NCBI GenBank assembly: GCA_963772725.1
Contig: CAVYYI010000003.1
Span: 640,001 to 704,000 of the forward strand
DNA length: 64,000 nucleotides
Direction of reading: 5' to 3'
Source: an uncultured Phycisphaerales bacterium
GTDB lineage: Bacteria > Planctomycetota > Phycisphaerae > Sedimentisphaerales > Anaerobacaceae
Shown here: positions 20,543 through 31,763 of the stretch, piece after piece
Layout of the letters: the number at the start of each line of letters is the position of its first letter
Position numbering within the stretch: the stretch's first letter is position 1
Notes under the pieces: generated by a model
What the model saw: only the letters and a program-made list of their open reading frames with translations
Databases searched by the model: none
Told to the model about the DNA's origin: nothing
Program-made: the position numbers and the translations under genes

Positions 20543-21871
20543 ATGGCGAAAAGAAATACAAACTGGTGGATGTTGAAAAACCAAATCTGTATCGGGATAT
20601 TTTCCCTATACGGAATTTCCCAAAGCGGTATTCGATAATCAGGATGTTCCGTATGAAATCCCGAAAGATATCTGGATAACCGATACGACATTCCGCGACG
20701 GCCAGCAGGCCCGGCCGCCCTATACGCCTGAGCAGGTACTGCGGATTTACGATCTGCTGCACGAGATAGACGGCGGCACAGGCCTGATTCGCCAGTGCGA
20801 ATTTTTCCTTTATTCCGACCGCGACAGAAAGGCCGTCGAGCTTTGCAAGGCACGCGGCTACAGATATCCGGAAGTTACCGGCTGGATTAGGGCGGTGGCG
20901 GACGATTTCAAACTTGTCACGGAAATGGGACTTACCGAAACAGGCATTCTCACTTCGGCAAGCGATTACCATATTTTTCTCAAATTGCGAAAAACCCGTT
21001 CCCAGGCGCTGAATGCCTATCTGGATATCGTCAAGGCGGCACTCGATAACGGCATCATCCCGCGATGTCATTTTGAGGATATTACCCGCGCCGATTATGA
21101 CGGCTTTATTCTGCCGTTTGCCGCTGAGCTGATGAAACTCGCCAAACAGTATAATAAGCCGGTCAAAATCCGGCTTTGCGATACGCTTGGTTTTGGCCTG
21201 CCCTGGGCGGAGGCGACTTTGCCGCGAAGCATGCCAAAACTTGTCGCACGGTCTGCGGCAAATCGGCGTTCCAGGCGAACGGCTCGAATGGCATGGCCAC
21301 AATGACTTGCACAAGGTGCTGGTCAACGCCTCGACGGCATGGCTCTACGGCTGCTGCGCGGCGAACAGCTCGATATTCGGCGTCGGCGAACGAACAGGCA
21401 ATCCGCCGCTTGAGGCGATGGTCATTGAACATGCCCAGATTAAGGGAATGGTTCCGGGCGTCAATTACGCCGCAATAACCGAACTTGCCGAATTATGCCA
21501 GGAAAGAGCTGGGCTTTGAAATACCGCACAACTATCCGCTGGTCGGCGACGACTTCAATGTTACCCGCGCCGGCATTCACGCCGACGGCCTATTGAAGAA
21601 TGAGGAGATTTATAACTGCTTCGATACCGAAAAACTGCTCAAGCGGCCGGTCAGCGTGGCGATTACCGATAAGACCGGCGCAGCGGGCATAAAGCACTGG
21701 ATTGAAGCGAGATTCCAGATCGAAATACCCAAACATGACCCGCGGATTATAAAAATAAAGGACAGAATCGACGCTTAATACGCGGACAACAGGGTATCGG
21801 CTATATCCGATGATGAGATGTTTGCGTGGGCAAAAGATGCTTTCAGCAACAAGCTGCCTCCGGCAAAATAA
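20543..21871 (+). pseudogene. Re-citrate synthase / IPMS-family (DRE-TIM) enzyme, broken by several frameshifts and an in-frame TAA at 21776
   Basis: WITDTTFRDGQQARPPY, RCHFEDITRAD, LCDTLG, EWHGHND, GERTGN and TRAGIHADG spread over frames. Confidence 0.78.
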
Positions 21872-21894
21872 ATATCCTTAATTTGATTACTGCA

Positions 21895-21955
21895 AAGACC
21901 ATTTTGCGGTGTATCGTAAAATGGTCTTGACTATTTTACGATACTATTGATAATA
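21895..21955 (+). promoter_or_regulatory. palindromic operator overlapping a promoter
   Basis: AAGACCATTTTGCG-6-CGTAAAATGGTCTT plus a third half-site GACTATTTTACG. TTGACT...GATAAT promoter. Confidence 0.55.
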
Positions 21956-21965
21956 GTCAGGCAAT

Positions 21966-23175
21966 ATGAAAACACTGAAACGGATTTACGATGCAATTTT
22001 GACAGACCATTTGTCCAAAAATCGTCAGATGGTCTTTTTATCAGGGCCGCGACAGGTGGGCAAAACTACGACATGTCGTAATTTTGTCGATAAATATTTA
22101 AATTGGGACAACACGGATGACAGGACACAGATAGTTAAAGGCCCTGCGGCAATAGCAGAACAGCTAAGCATTTCAAAGCTTCATAAAAAATTACCGGCAG
22201 TTCTTTTCGATGAGCTGCACAAATTCAGCCGCTGGAAGCAGTTTCTCAAAGGATTTTTCGATACGTATTCATCGCAGATACATATCCTTGTAACCGGCAG
22301 TTCGCGAATGGATATATACAGGCGAGGCGGAGATAGTTTAATGGGCAGGTATTTCCTGTATCGGATGCACCCGTTGTCTGTAGCCGAATTACTTCGTCAA
22401 GATTTGCCTGACTTTGAAAGAATTATTCGTTCTCCGGCACGAATTAATAATGAAGACTTTTCGGCACTGTTGACTTACGGAGGTTATCCGGAACCTTTTA
22501 TAAAACGCGATATGCGATTCAGCAGGCAATGGCGTAATTTACGGCAACAGCAGTTGCTGCGTGAAGATATGCGGGATATGACGCAGATTCACCAATTAGA
22601 CCAGTTGGAAGTTCTTGTGAATTTATTGATATCGCGTTCTTCTCATCAATTAATTTACAGCAACCTTGCCGGCGAAATCCAGGTTTCCATTGATACGGTT
22701 CGCCGCTGGATTAATATTCTGTGCAATTTACACCTCGGATTTTTAGTCAGACCATGGTATAAAAATGTCTCCCGCTCACTCCGAAAGGAACCTAAATGGT
22801 ATCTCAGAGACTGGTCTGTTATTGATGAGCCCGGTAATAGGGCGGAAACATTTATGGCCTGCCATCTTCTCAAGGCGGTTGAAGGCTGGACTGATATGGG
22901 CCTTGGAAATTTCAAATTAGGCTACATAAGAGATAAAAGTCAGCGAGAGGTGGATTTTATCGTCATAAAGAATGACAAGCCGTGGTTTCTTATTGAAGTC
23001 AAAAATACTGACAGTAAATTGAGCGACATCACTAAAATATTATCAGCAGCAATTAAAAGTGCCGTTTGCTTTTCAGGTTGTTATGGATGCGGAGTATGTT
23101 GATGCCGACTGTTTTTCTAACCGGGACAGGGTTATGATAGTACCTGTATCCACTTTTCTCTCACAATTATTATGA
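21966..23175 (+). CDS. AAA_14 ATPase with DUF4143 domain (frameshift near 23030)
   Basis: GPRQVGKT, FDELHK, VTGS, GGYPEP, EVDF, LIEVK. The tail continues in another frame to TGA 23175. Confidence 0.85.
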
Positions 23176-23903
23176 AAATCAAGGCGATATTATTCGATTT
23201 GGGTGAGACCCTGCTTATGTTCGGGAGGGTTGACACGTTTGGACTTCTTGCGCAGGGAGCGAAGCTGTCTTACGATTTTCTAAAGGGGCTGGGTCAGCCG
23301 CTTGAGAGCTTCGAGCGGTATTTCTGGCACAGCCTTATCTCGCTGAGATGGCACCACCTGCTTTCAAACATAACCGGAAACGATTTCGATTCAATGCTCC
23401 TGTTGAAAAAAATCGGAACAAAGAAAGGCATTAAACTCGACGCCTCGCAGTGGGAGGAGCTGGTCTGGCTTTGGTATAAACCTTTGAGTCTGGCCGGCAA
23501 AACCGAACCTGATATCGCAAAAACGCTGGATGAGCTGAAAAAAATGGGTATTAAACTCGGCATAGTCTCCAATACATTTGTCCATTCGAGTGCGATTAAA
23601 AAGCACCTCAGGCACTTGGGTATATCCGATTTTTTCGATATTGAGCTTTATTCTTACCAGTTCGATTTTCGCAAACCTGATATGAGGATTTTCAGGACTG
23701 CCATTGAGCGCATCGGCGAACCGGCGGAAAATATTATGTTCGTGGGCGACCGTATCGATAACGATATCACTCCGGCGATGAGTATGGGGATGACAGCCGT
23801 TCTGAAACAGGCTTATACCAATTCCGGCAGGATACCGGCGAACAATGTTCGCAGAATAAGCCGGCTCTCCGAACTGCCCGGCTTAGTCCGAGCAATTCAG
23901 TAA
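23172..23903 (+). CDS. HAD-superfamily hydrolase
   Basis: FDLGETL, IVSN, RKPD, VGDRIDND. Confidence 0.9.
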   Translation: MKIKAILFDLGETLLMFGRVDTFGLLAQGAKLSYDFLKGLGQPLESFERYFWHSLISLRWHHLLSNITGNDFDSMLLLKKIGTKKGIKLDASQWEELVWLWYKPLSLAGKTEPDIAKTLDELKKMGIKLGIVSNTFVHSSAIKKHLRHLGISDFFDIELYSYQFDFRKPDMRIFRTAIERIGEPAENIMFVGDRIDNDITPAMSMGMTAVLKQAYTNSGRIPANNVRRISRLSELPGLVRAIQ

Positions 23904-24043
23904 CCTACGGTATCACCAAAGACCCCTGATGCATCACAGAGGTTTTTGAAGATATTTCCGATTCGAAGGATGGTTCTGACCGGCCAAAGCGTCGCTACAA
24001 GCTTCGCCCACAGTGCGCAGACGGCAAGATTTATCTTATCAGC

Positions 24044-24232
24044 ATGAATGGCGAAGTCGTCGTGCTTGCGGCAGGCGATGAGTATAAGGAACTGGCCTGC
24101 AACAATCTTGAAGGGACGCAATGCCGCTCGACCGTCGTCGCCGCCAATCGCCGACTGTTTGTGCGGGCGTCGAAGACGCTTTACTGTTTCGCCAAGGCAT
24201 CACGAGTCGCCAGTAAAGAGGAAAGCAAATAA
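24044..24232 (+). pseudogene. C-terminal fragment of a PQQ/BamB-like beta-propeller protein
   Basis: GEVVVLAAGDEYKELACNNL...RLFVRASKTLYCF is the typical tail of planctomycete propeller proteins. The N-terminus is absent. Confidence 0.6.
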
Positions 24233-24268
24233 AGGCAGTTTGACCTGTATTGTGCAGAGCGACTATGT

Positions 24269-24322
24269 GGATTTACTCTCATTGAATTACTGGTCGTAAT
24301 CGCTGTCATCGCTCTTCTAATG
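24269..24322 (+). pseudogene. prepilin-type N-terminal remnant
   Basis: Manual translation GFTLIELLVVIAVIALLM, after which similarity stops. Confidence 0.6.
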
Positions 24323-24412
24323 CGTTGCAGACAGGCGGCTAATGGATTATAATCATTACTATGAGCATAGTTCTCTGGACGATTTAACCACAGTAGAATT
24401 TTATGAGGCGAT

Positions 24413-26000
24413 ATGAAGAAAACGATGTATAAATTCTGTATGTTAATAATGGCTTTGGTTTGGCCGGTGTTTCCGTGTCACGCGGAAATTAAACTCCCAT
24501 CTATCTTTTCAGATGGAATGGTCTGCAGAGGGACCGTTCCGTCCCGGTGTGGGGATGGGCGGTACCAGTGCAGATGTGACCGTTGAATTTTCCGGCCAGA
24601 AAAAGACCGCTGTGACAGATGCGGCCGGCAAGTGGCTGGTTCGTCTCGAACCCATGCCCGCCTCTTCAAAACCTCAGACTCTGACGGTATCGTCTTCGGT
24701 TGAAAAAGGGAAATTGCAAGTCGGCAATGTTCTGGTGGGCGAAGTCTGGCTCTGTTCCGGTCAGTCGAACATGGGGATGTCGATGAAAACGGTGACCGCT
24801 GTGGAGGAGGAGAAGAAACGAGCGGACCGTCCGGCTCTGCGTATTTTCCGTATCGGCCTGAACAGTTCGCTTGAGCCGCAGAAAGACTGTCCCGGCGACT
24901 GGGTGATATGCTCGCCGAACACCCTTGAGCAGTTTTCAGCCGCAGCGTATTTCTTCGGGGCTGAGATTCATAAGGAACTGGGAGTGCCTGTCGGCCTAAT
25001 CCTCTCGGCATGGGGCGGTACACATATTGAAACATGGTGTCCGGCTGAGCCGCTCAAAAAATTCCCGCACATCCTCGCGTATATGGCCAGGCAGGATGCA
25101 AAAGCGGCCAATTTCGATGAAGAAGGCGCAAAAAAAGAATATGAAAAGTCGATAGCAAAATGGAAAACGCTGGCCGCCCAGGCAAAAAAAGCCGGAAAGT
25201 CTGTGCCTTCAAAGCCGAAAGAACCTGACTATCCCCGCTCGTGGAAATATTATCCAGGCAAGTTGTATAACGGCATGATTCATCCTCTTGTGCCGTATGG
25301 CCTGCGCGGATTCCTCTGGTATCAGGGAGAGGGGAACGCACATACCGTGCATGACGCCATAATCTATCGTGAAGAGCTGGGAATTCTTGTAACGCAGTTG
25401 CGTTCGTTATGGGGATATGAATTCCCTGCCTACGCGGTGCAATTGCCTAATTACAGAGCGGGGGCGACTGAGAGCGATGCATGGGCGTATATTCGTGAAA
25501 GTATTTTGAACTTTCGCCGGGACATTCCCAATGCAGGCGTGGCCATCGCCATAGATGTCGGAGAAGCGAATGACATTCATCCGAAAAATAAACAGCCCGT
25601 GGGGTATCGTCTTGCACGGCAGGGGCTGGTTTATACTTATGGAAAAAACCTTGTTCCCGGAGGGCCGATTTACCGCTCGATGAAAAAAGACGGAGAAAAT
25701 ATCATCATCGAGTTTGACGATATTGGTTCCGGACTCACCGTACGTGGTAATGATTCACTGAAAACCTTTACTATCGCGGGAGAAGATAGAAACTTTGTTC
25801 CTGCCAAAGCGGTGATTGAGAACGATAAGGTTATTGTCAGTTCGCCGCTTGTGAAAAAACCCGTGGCGGTGCGTTACGCCTGGGCCAATAACCCTCAAGG
25901 GTGCAACCTGTTTAATAAAGAAGGATTCCCCGCCTCGCCGTTCCGAACAGATACGTGGGAGCCGAAAGAAAAACCCGCCAGCTGGCTGGACAGGTATTAA
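24413..26000 (+). CDS. sialate O-acetylesterase, divergent copy 3 (frameshift near 24525)
   Basis: Signal peptide, KLPSIFSDGM, GQSNM, WYQGEGN, DIHPKNK, PASPFRTD. Confidence 0.85.
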
Positions 26001-26281
26001 TTCCATTCGGGAAAAGACCGACGGATGTCGCCTGAACAACAATTACTGAACCCTTAACAAATTCGAATAAAAAAAACACAAAAGCAGAAACAAGAGTTAA
26101 CCGCTTCATTATATCAGCCATAAAATCCCGCGGAACGCTTATCGGGTCGATACGCAAATCTTTGTATAAGTGACAGGCAAAAATACTTATTTGCGTGCAT
26201 TTTTTGCGGAGTTTTGGTATAATAAATGCGGCTTGGGATACAATAGGATGGCCAGGCTGATAAATTTTGGAGGACGGATAC

Positions 26282-26654
26282 GTGGTGACCAAAATACTGT
26301 TACTTGCGCTGATTATGGTGGAATCGCACGGCGATAATCAGGCGATAAACGGCAATTCAGTTGGTCCTGCAGATTACCCCGATACTTGTCAGGGACGTCA
26401 ATAGAATCGCCGGAACAAACTTCACCCTGCAGGACCGATACGACAGGGGGAAAAGCCTGCAAATAGCCGAGCTGTACCTGAAGTATTACGGCGAGGTTTA
26501 CACAAAGAAAACACACAAAGACCCGGACGACCAGATTTACGCAAGGATATGGAACGGCGGCCCGAACGGGTGGCGGAAGGTCAGTACACAAAAGTACTGG
26601 CTTGCGGTTCAGAAGGAAATTGAGAACAACAAAACCGCCAAGGCGGAAAAATAA
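26282..26654 (+). CDS. lysozyme-like (i-type/destabilase-like) protein (frameshift near 26365)
   Basis: ALIMVESHG then LQITP...DVNRI...YARIWNGGPNG...TQKYW. GGAGG RBS. Confidence 0.65.
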
Positions 26655-26679
26655 ATACAATAAACTCACCGATTCGCAT

Positions 26680-26768
26680 TGTCATACCTGCGGAAGCAGG
26701 TATCCAGTTGTGAGAGAATGGATTCCCGCTCCCCGTTTTCACGAGGACAGGTTTCGCGGGAATGACAG
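26680..26768. repeat. REP-like paired palindromes (GTCATWCCYGCGRAAGCRGGWATCCA family)
   Basis: Related copies near 48265, 55510, 56455 and 61993-62061. Confidence 0.75.
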
Positions 26769-26988
26769 TATGGCGTAAGAATTAATTCCAATTGGCATAA
26801 TTTACAGCTTGTGTAAACTACAGGCTGCCTGCCGGTATTTAGCCGCACAGACTTGTTGTGGCGACGCGGCGAAAAAGACATTAAGAGATAATATTTTGCT
26901 TGGTTTTTTCTTGATTTACAGTAAAAAAATGGGTATAGGTTGTTACTAAATTGACAATTGAATAGTGTTTTTTGGTACTGATTTTTAG

Positions 26989-27123
26989 CGTTCCTACTGA
27001 AACCGCCAAGTTTTGTAGTAAGCAAACGCAAAAAGCCGGTGCCCCGAAATGGGGCATCGCTTGCGTGTTGCTTATGGGTCTTGGCGGACCTCAGTAGGGC
27101 ACGATGTAGCGGTGCCCTTTTTT
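26989..27123 (+). ncRNA. candidate structured leader RNA with terminator
   Basis: Nested stems CCTACTGA/TCAGTAGG, CCGCCAAG/CTTGGCGG, TAAGCAA/TTGCTTA, ACGCAA/TTGCGT, TGCCCC/GGGGCA, then GGGCAC/GTGCCC-T6. Confidence 0.55.
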
Positions 27124-27194
27124 ATTGCGCTAATTTTAGGAAAAATAAAAGCGGTGTGTAACTGCTTGAACCAAAGTTTTGAAAGGAGCTTATT

Positions 27195-27983
27195 ATGGGA
27201 AAGAAAATGCTGCTGTTAGTTGTTGTGCTGACGGTGGTTGCGTTGACCACTTCGTCAGCTCTTGCCTTATCGCCAATGGGGCCTCCGACCGCGGGACTCA
27301 ATAAGGGGGAGTGGAGAGCTGGTGTTGATTATGCTTACAGTGAAATGGACGTAGAATGGTCATTGTCAAGCAGCACGGAATCGCTCATAGAAGATATTAT
27401 CGGGGAAGATATAGTTGGTTCTGGAAAAATTAAAGATAATGAATCTCATCTTGTTATGGCCAACATCGGATATGGGCTGAACAATGATTGGGAGGTATTT
27501 GTTCGTTTGGGCGGCTCTAAAATCGAGAATGATGATTTGTTATTTGATGGTGATATGGATTTTGCCTATGGTTTTGGTACTAAAGTTACCTGGTACAAAC
27601 AAGGCAATCTGAGTTTGGGTGCATTATTGCAGACTACCTGTTTAAATTCTAAAGAGGATTATGATGCTGTAGATGGTGAAATAGAGATTGAGGCGTGGGA
27701 AACTCAAATCGCCGTTGGTCCGACATATAAACTTTCAGATTGTCTCTCGGTTTATGGTGGTCCATTTATTTATATGCTTGATGGTGATATTGACGCTAAA
27801 TTGGACGGTTTGTCAGGATCGGCTGATGTAGAAGAAGATTCTATGTTCGGCGGCTACGTTGGCGCACAGTTAGACATCAAGCCGAATAAGGAAGAAGTAT
27901 CGAATGGCGCATTTCTGTTTGGAGAATTTATGTTTACAGGTGATGGCTGGGGCGTCGGCACAGGAATTGGCTGGAAGTTCTAA
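27195..27983 (+). CDS. outer-membrane beta-barrel protein
   Basis: Signal peptide, alternating beta-strands, C-terminal GIGWKF. Confidence 0.75.
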   Translation: MGKKMLLLVVVLTVVALTTSSALALSPMGPPTAGLNKGEWRAGVDYAYSEMDVEWSLSSSTESLIEDIIGEDIVGSGKIKDNESHLVMANIGYGLNNDWEVFVRLGGSKIENDDLLFDGDMDFAYGFGTKVTWYKQGNLSLGALLQTTCLNSKEDYDAVDGEIEIEAWETQIAVGPTYKLSDCLSVYGGPFIYMLDGDIDAKLDGLSGSADVEEDSMFGGYVGAQLDIKPNKEEVSNGAFLFGEFMFTGDGWGVGTGIGWKF

Positions 27984-28019
27984 CACACTAAATATAAGAT
28001 TGTGTTATATGGAAATTTG

Positions 28020-28050
28020 GGCTGCGGGCATTATGTTCGCAGCCCTTTTT
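28020..28050 (+). terminator. intrinsic terminator
   Basis: GGGCTGCG...CGCAGCCC followed by TTTT. Confidence 0.7.
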
Positions 28051-28258
28051 GTTTGTAGAGTCGGCTCCTCTAAGCCGCAAAGTTTTTTTCTGTTAGGCCC
28101 GTGTCGCCTGTTTTTTGAGAAGGAAACGCAACTGTTGAGGAAATATTTTAACCTTTTTTCCTAAAAACCATTTGAGTATCCGGCAAGGCTTGGATATAAT
28201 CTCACCAAGTCAATTGCAGGGTGCGATTGTATGAATTATAATAACGAAGGGAGAAAAT

Positions 28259-28891
28259 ATGTTCAATACTATGTATGTTAGGAAGTTTATATGTCTTTTG
28301 CTTGCGATATCAACTTTCAGCTTAAGTTTGACGGGTTGCGGAGGCCATACCGCAAATCCAGTTGATAGGTATATGCTGGGCGATGAAAAGAAATCATGCA
28401 CTGCTTTGTATGCCGAAGTATCTAATATCGACAAAGAAATTGCTCTTAAGAATCGCGACAAAACAAACCGTGATACCTGGAATGTAATATTCTTTGTAAC
28501 TGGCTTTCTTGTAATCGTCCCATGGTTTTTTATAGACGCTAAAGGTTCACAAGAGGTAGAAATGGAAGCTCTTAAAGCACGGAAAAATGCTTTACAGATT
28601 AACTTTAGCGATAAAAACTGCGATACGCCAACAGCAATCAACCAGAAAAATTCTCCATCAACAGAAAATACCAATAGTAGTTCAATAAAGTCTAAAGAAA
28701 AGAACGTTTCTAATGAGACAGTTGTCAAAGCGTCTGTGGAAAACCTTGGCCGAATCAGCAGTCAGCAAGAAAAATGCAATTTCTGTGAAAGAACTATACC
28801 AAAATTTGAGCAGCACTTCCCGTTGTTTGATAATAAGATTGCATGTAAAGAATGCTACGCAAAGTTAAAAAACCAAATTAAAGAGCAATAA
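28259..28891 (+). CDS. lipoprotein with C-terminal CxxC...CxxC
   Basis: Lipobox LTGC, one TM segment, CNFC and CKEC. Confidence 0.7.
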   Translation: MFNTMYVRKFICLLLAISTFSLSLTGCGGHTANPVDRYMLGDEKKSCTALYAEVSNIDKEIALKNRDKTNRDTWNVIFFVTGFLVIVPWFFIDAKGSQEVEMEALKARKNALQINFSDKNCDTPTAINQKNSPSTENTNSSSIKSKEKNVSNETVVKASVENLGRISSQQEKCNFCERTIPKFEQHFPLFDNKIACKECYAKLKNQIKEQ

Positions 28892-29126
28892 TTTAGCTTT
28901 TGCTGCTGGGGTTGGGCGCGGTGATGCTGAGAAGAAGACATTAAAAGGCAATATTTTTAGCTATTTTCGCTATTTTTCTCTTGACTTTCAATAATAAATC
29001 TGTATAATTATTGCTGTTTGCGGTTTGGTCGATATGGGATAGGAAGGGAACTCACTTTTATAGCGTCGTTAATTTCTGCGCAAAAGGTGCAATTAAAATA
29101 TTAATAATTTTTTAAGGAAGTGTCTT

Positions 29127-29744
29127 ATGAAGACGTTAGTAATTACAATTTTTGTTCTCTGTTTGGTGTCAGGTGCAAATGCAACAACTGCAATTTCCAG
29201 CACCTTTGATACCGATTTAGAAATGTGGACAGGAACAGGGTCGGGCAGGTTTATCTACAATGCAAGCGGAGGTAATCCGGGGGGGTATGTTCAATTTAAC
29301 GATGAATCTGGAACGGGTGGTGACGGATGGTTGAGTGCACCTGCAAAGTTTCTGGGAAATTGGTCTGTTTTGGAAAATCAGAGCACACTTTCATGGGACC
29401 ACAAAATTATTCAAACAGGTGGGACAGGTGAAATATTGTACGGACAAGCGATTATTTCGGGGCCTGGTGGCTCGGCTAAGTTTACCTCCAGCAAATATAT
29501 GACTAATACGAGGTGGGAGACATTCTCTGTGTCGATTAATCAATCAGAATGGAGCGTTATGGCCGGTTCTTGGGCGGGTATTTTAAATAATGTTACGACA
29601 TTAGACATTCGCATTGAGGCAGTTCACAATGTTTCAGGACCACTTGATATATGTGGAATTGATAATGTCACTTTAATCCCCGAACCAGCTACGCTTTTGC
29701 TGCTCGGTCTGGGCGGATTGTTTTTAAGAAGGAAACGCAGTTAA
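29127..29744 (+). CDS. PEP-CTERM protein (laminin-B-like domain)
   Basis: Signal peptide, GGNPGGY, APAKFLGNWS, IPEPATLLLLGLGGLFLRRKR. Confidence 0.85.
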   Translation: MKTLVITIFVLCLVSGANATTAISSTFDTDLEMWTGTGSGRFIYNASGGNPGGYVQFNDESGTGGDGWLSAPAKFLGNWSVLENQSTLSWDHKIIQTGGTGEILYGQAIISGPGGSAKFTSSKYMTNTRWETFSVSINQSEWSVMAGSWAGILNNVTTLDIRIEAVHNVSGPLDICGIDNVTLIPEPATLLLLGLGGLFLRRKRS

Positions 29745-29859
29745 TCAGCCCGCAAAGCGTTGCAGAACTCTTCCAGAGAATAGATAAGCGGCGACGCAGG
29801 AAACGCAGGTACAAAGAATTGTGTGGGATAAAAACGGCGGGAAGGCGGTTGAAAACAAA

Positions 29860-30726
29860 TCAGGTTCGCAGTGCCTCTTCAAGAGAGCTGCGCATAGCTT
29901 GGAGAGAAGGCTTTTGGCCGGTCCATTTCTCAAAAGCGATTGCGCCCTGATATATAAGCATTCCCAGGCCATCGATGCAAACTGCGCCAGCTTGCTCTGC
30001 CATTTTCAGAAAAGGAGTTTTGGGAGGATTTGGTATCACATCACAGACTATCATATTTTTTTTCAGGCTTTCTTTTCTCACGGCGGGAATGTCGTTTACA
30101 TTCGGGAAAAGGCCGATGGATGTCGCCTGAACAATAATATCGGTATCCCGCGGAATGTCGAAATAACCACGCCAAAGATGAAAATCAGCTTTGACGTCCG
30201 TATTTTTGTTAAGATTTTCGGTGAGCGTTTCTCCTCTTTCGCGGGTTCTGTTCACAACAAGTATATGAGCCGCGCCGGCAAGGGCTAATTCTGTGCAAAT
30301 CGCTCTTGCGGCGCCGCCTGCGCCGAGACAGACAATTCTTTTGCTAGCGGGATTTATGCCGGCGTCATCCCTGAGCGACCTCATAAAACCCTTGCCGTCG
30401 GTATTTTCGCCGATAAACCTATCGCCGTCTCGCCAGACGGTATTGACCGCGCCTATTAACCGGGCATCATCGGCGACCTTATCCAGCAGCGGCAGTATTG
30501 CAACCTTGTGAGGAGTGGTGACATTAAAACCCTGAAAGTTCATCGCGCGGGCGCCTTCGACGGCGGCTTTAAGGTATTGGGATTTGACCGGAAGATTCAT
30601 ATACCGCCAGTTCAGCCCTGCCGCTTTGAAGGCAGCTTCCTCCATTATATAGCTGGGGTTCTCATCTACAGGGTCGCCCATAACGCCGACCAAGCTCATT
30701 TTTTGCGGTTTCTGTTCAGTCATCAT
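29860..30726 (-). CDS. aroE: shikimate dehydrogenase
   Basis: GFNVTTPHK, GAVNT, NTDGKG, GAGGAARA, GLGMLIYQG. Confidence 0.92.
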   Translation of the reverse strand: MMTEQKPQKMSLVGVMGDPVDENPSYIMEEAAFKAAGLNWRYMNLPVKSQYLKAAVEGARAMNFQGFNVTTPHKVAILPLLDKVADDARLIGAVNTVWRDGDRFIGENTDGKGFMRSLRDDAGINPASKRIVCLGAGGAARAICTELALAGAAHILVVNRTRERGETLTENLNKNTDVKADFHLWRGYFDIPRDTDIIVQATSIGLFPNVNDIPAVRKESLKKNMIVCDVIPNPPKTPFLKMAEQAGAVCIDGLGMLIYQGAIAFEKWTGQKPSLQAMRSSLEEALRT

Positions 30727-30917
30727 GAGGCAATAATATCAGAATCTTGCGCGGATTAAAATAAGAAAATCTTAACAGCCGGCGATAATGACTTTAGACT
30801 TGCAATGCGGAGAAAATTTGGGTATTAGAGCATTGATAAGCTTGGCTGTGCGGCTAAGCGGTTAACACGTACTAAGCAGAGTTGTATATGGGAAATTCTA
30901 TTCGAAAGGTCTGAACA

Positions 30918-31694
30918 ATGGTCAAGATGGTTTCATATCGCGCTTTTGTTTTCCTTGCGGCGGCAATAGTTACGGGTTTGGTATTGAATGTTAATACAGG
31001 CACAGCCAAGGCTGAAAAGGCCAAGGCTAAACGCTGTGTGGTGGTATGGTCTGAGGGCACCGCATCCAAAAATGTCTATCCCAACGATATTAACGGCGCC
31101 ATCGCCGAAGGTTTGAAGAAGCTGAAAGGGTGGGAGGTTGTAACAGCCAATCTGTCCGACCCTGACCAGGGCCTGCCGGACGATTTGCTGAAACGTACCG
31201 ATGTGTTAATCTGGTGGGGCCATAAGAAACACAAGGAGGTCAAGGATGAACTGGTGGACAAAATCGTCAAGAGGGTTAAGGATGAAGGTATGGGTTTCAT
31301 AGCCCTGCATTCCTCGCATTTTGCCAAACCGAACAAGATGCTGATGGGCACAGCCTGCTCATGGAAGGCCTATGTGGGCGACTCGACTACGCTAAAAATC
31401 ACGGTCAAGGACCCGAACCACCCTATCGCTAAGGGTATAAAGGAATTCACAGTTGCTCACAACGAGCGATACAGCGACCCTTATATTGTGCCGCCGCCTA
31501 AAGCGGTGGTGTTCGAGGGCACAGCCTCTCTGGCAAAGGGCGGCACCGACACAAGCCAGGTGGGCCTGACCTGGGAAATAGGCAAGGGTAAAGTATTTTA
31601 CTTCCAGGCTGGCCATGAGACTAATCCTATCTTCTTCGACCCGAATGTCCGCAAGATTATGATTAACGCGGTGAAATGGGCGGCGCCGAAATAG
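30918..31694 (+). CDS. ThuA-like (trehalose utilization) domain protein
   Basis: DVLIWWGH, GMGFIALHSSHF, VFYFQAGHET. Signal peptide. Confidence 0.85.
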   Translation: MVKMVSYRAFVFLAAAIVTGLVLNVNTGTAKAEKAKAKRCVVVWSEGTASKNVYPNDINGAIAEGLKKLKGWEVVTANLSDPDQGLPDDLLKRTDVLIWWGHKKHKEVKDELVDKIVKRVKDEGMGFIALHSSHFAKPNKMLMGTACSWKAYVGDSTTLKITVKDPNHPIAKGIKEFTVAHNERYSDPYIVPPPKAVVFEGTASLAKGGTDTSQVGLTWEIGKGKVFYFQAGHETNPIFFDPNVRKIMINAVKWAAPK

Positions 31695-31763
31695 AATACG
31701 CGGCAATAGCAGTATCCGAAGATTTTCTGTTTCCTCAACCGCCTGGCAGGCCGTAAGGATTTG

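Noticed and set aside
21776..21778. Stop-codon recoding (Sec/Pyl or alternative code)
   Set aside because: The codon is TAA, used as a normal stop elsewhere, and the gene has other lesions.
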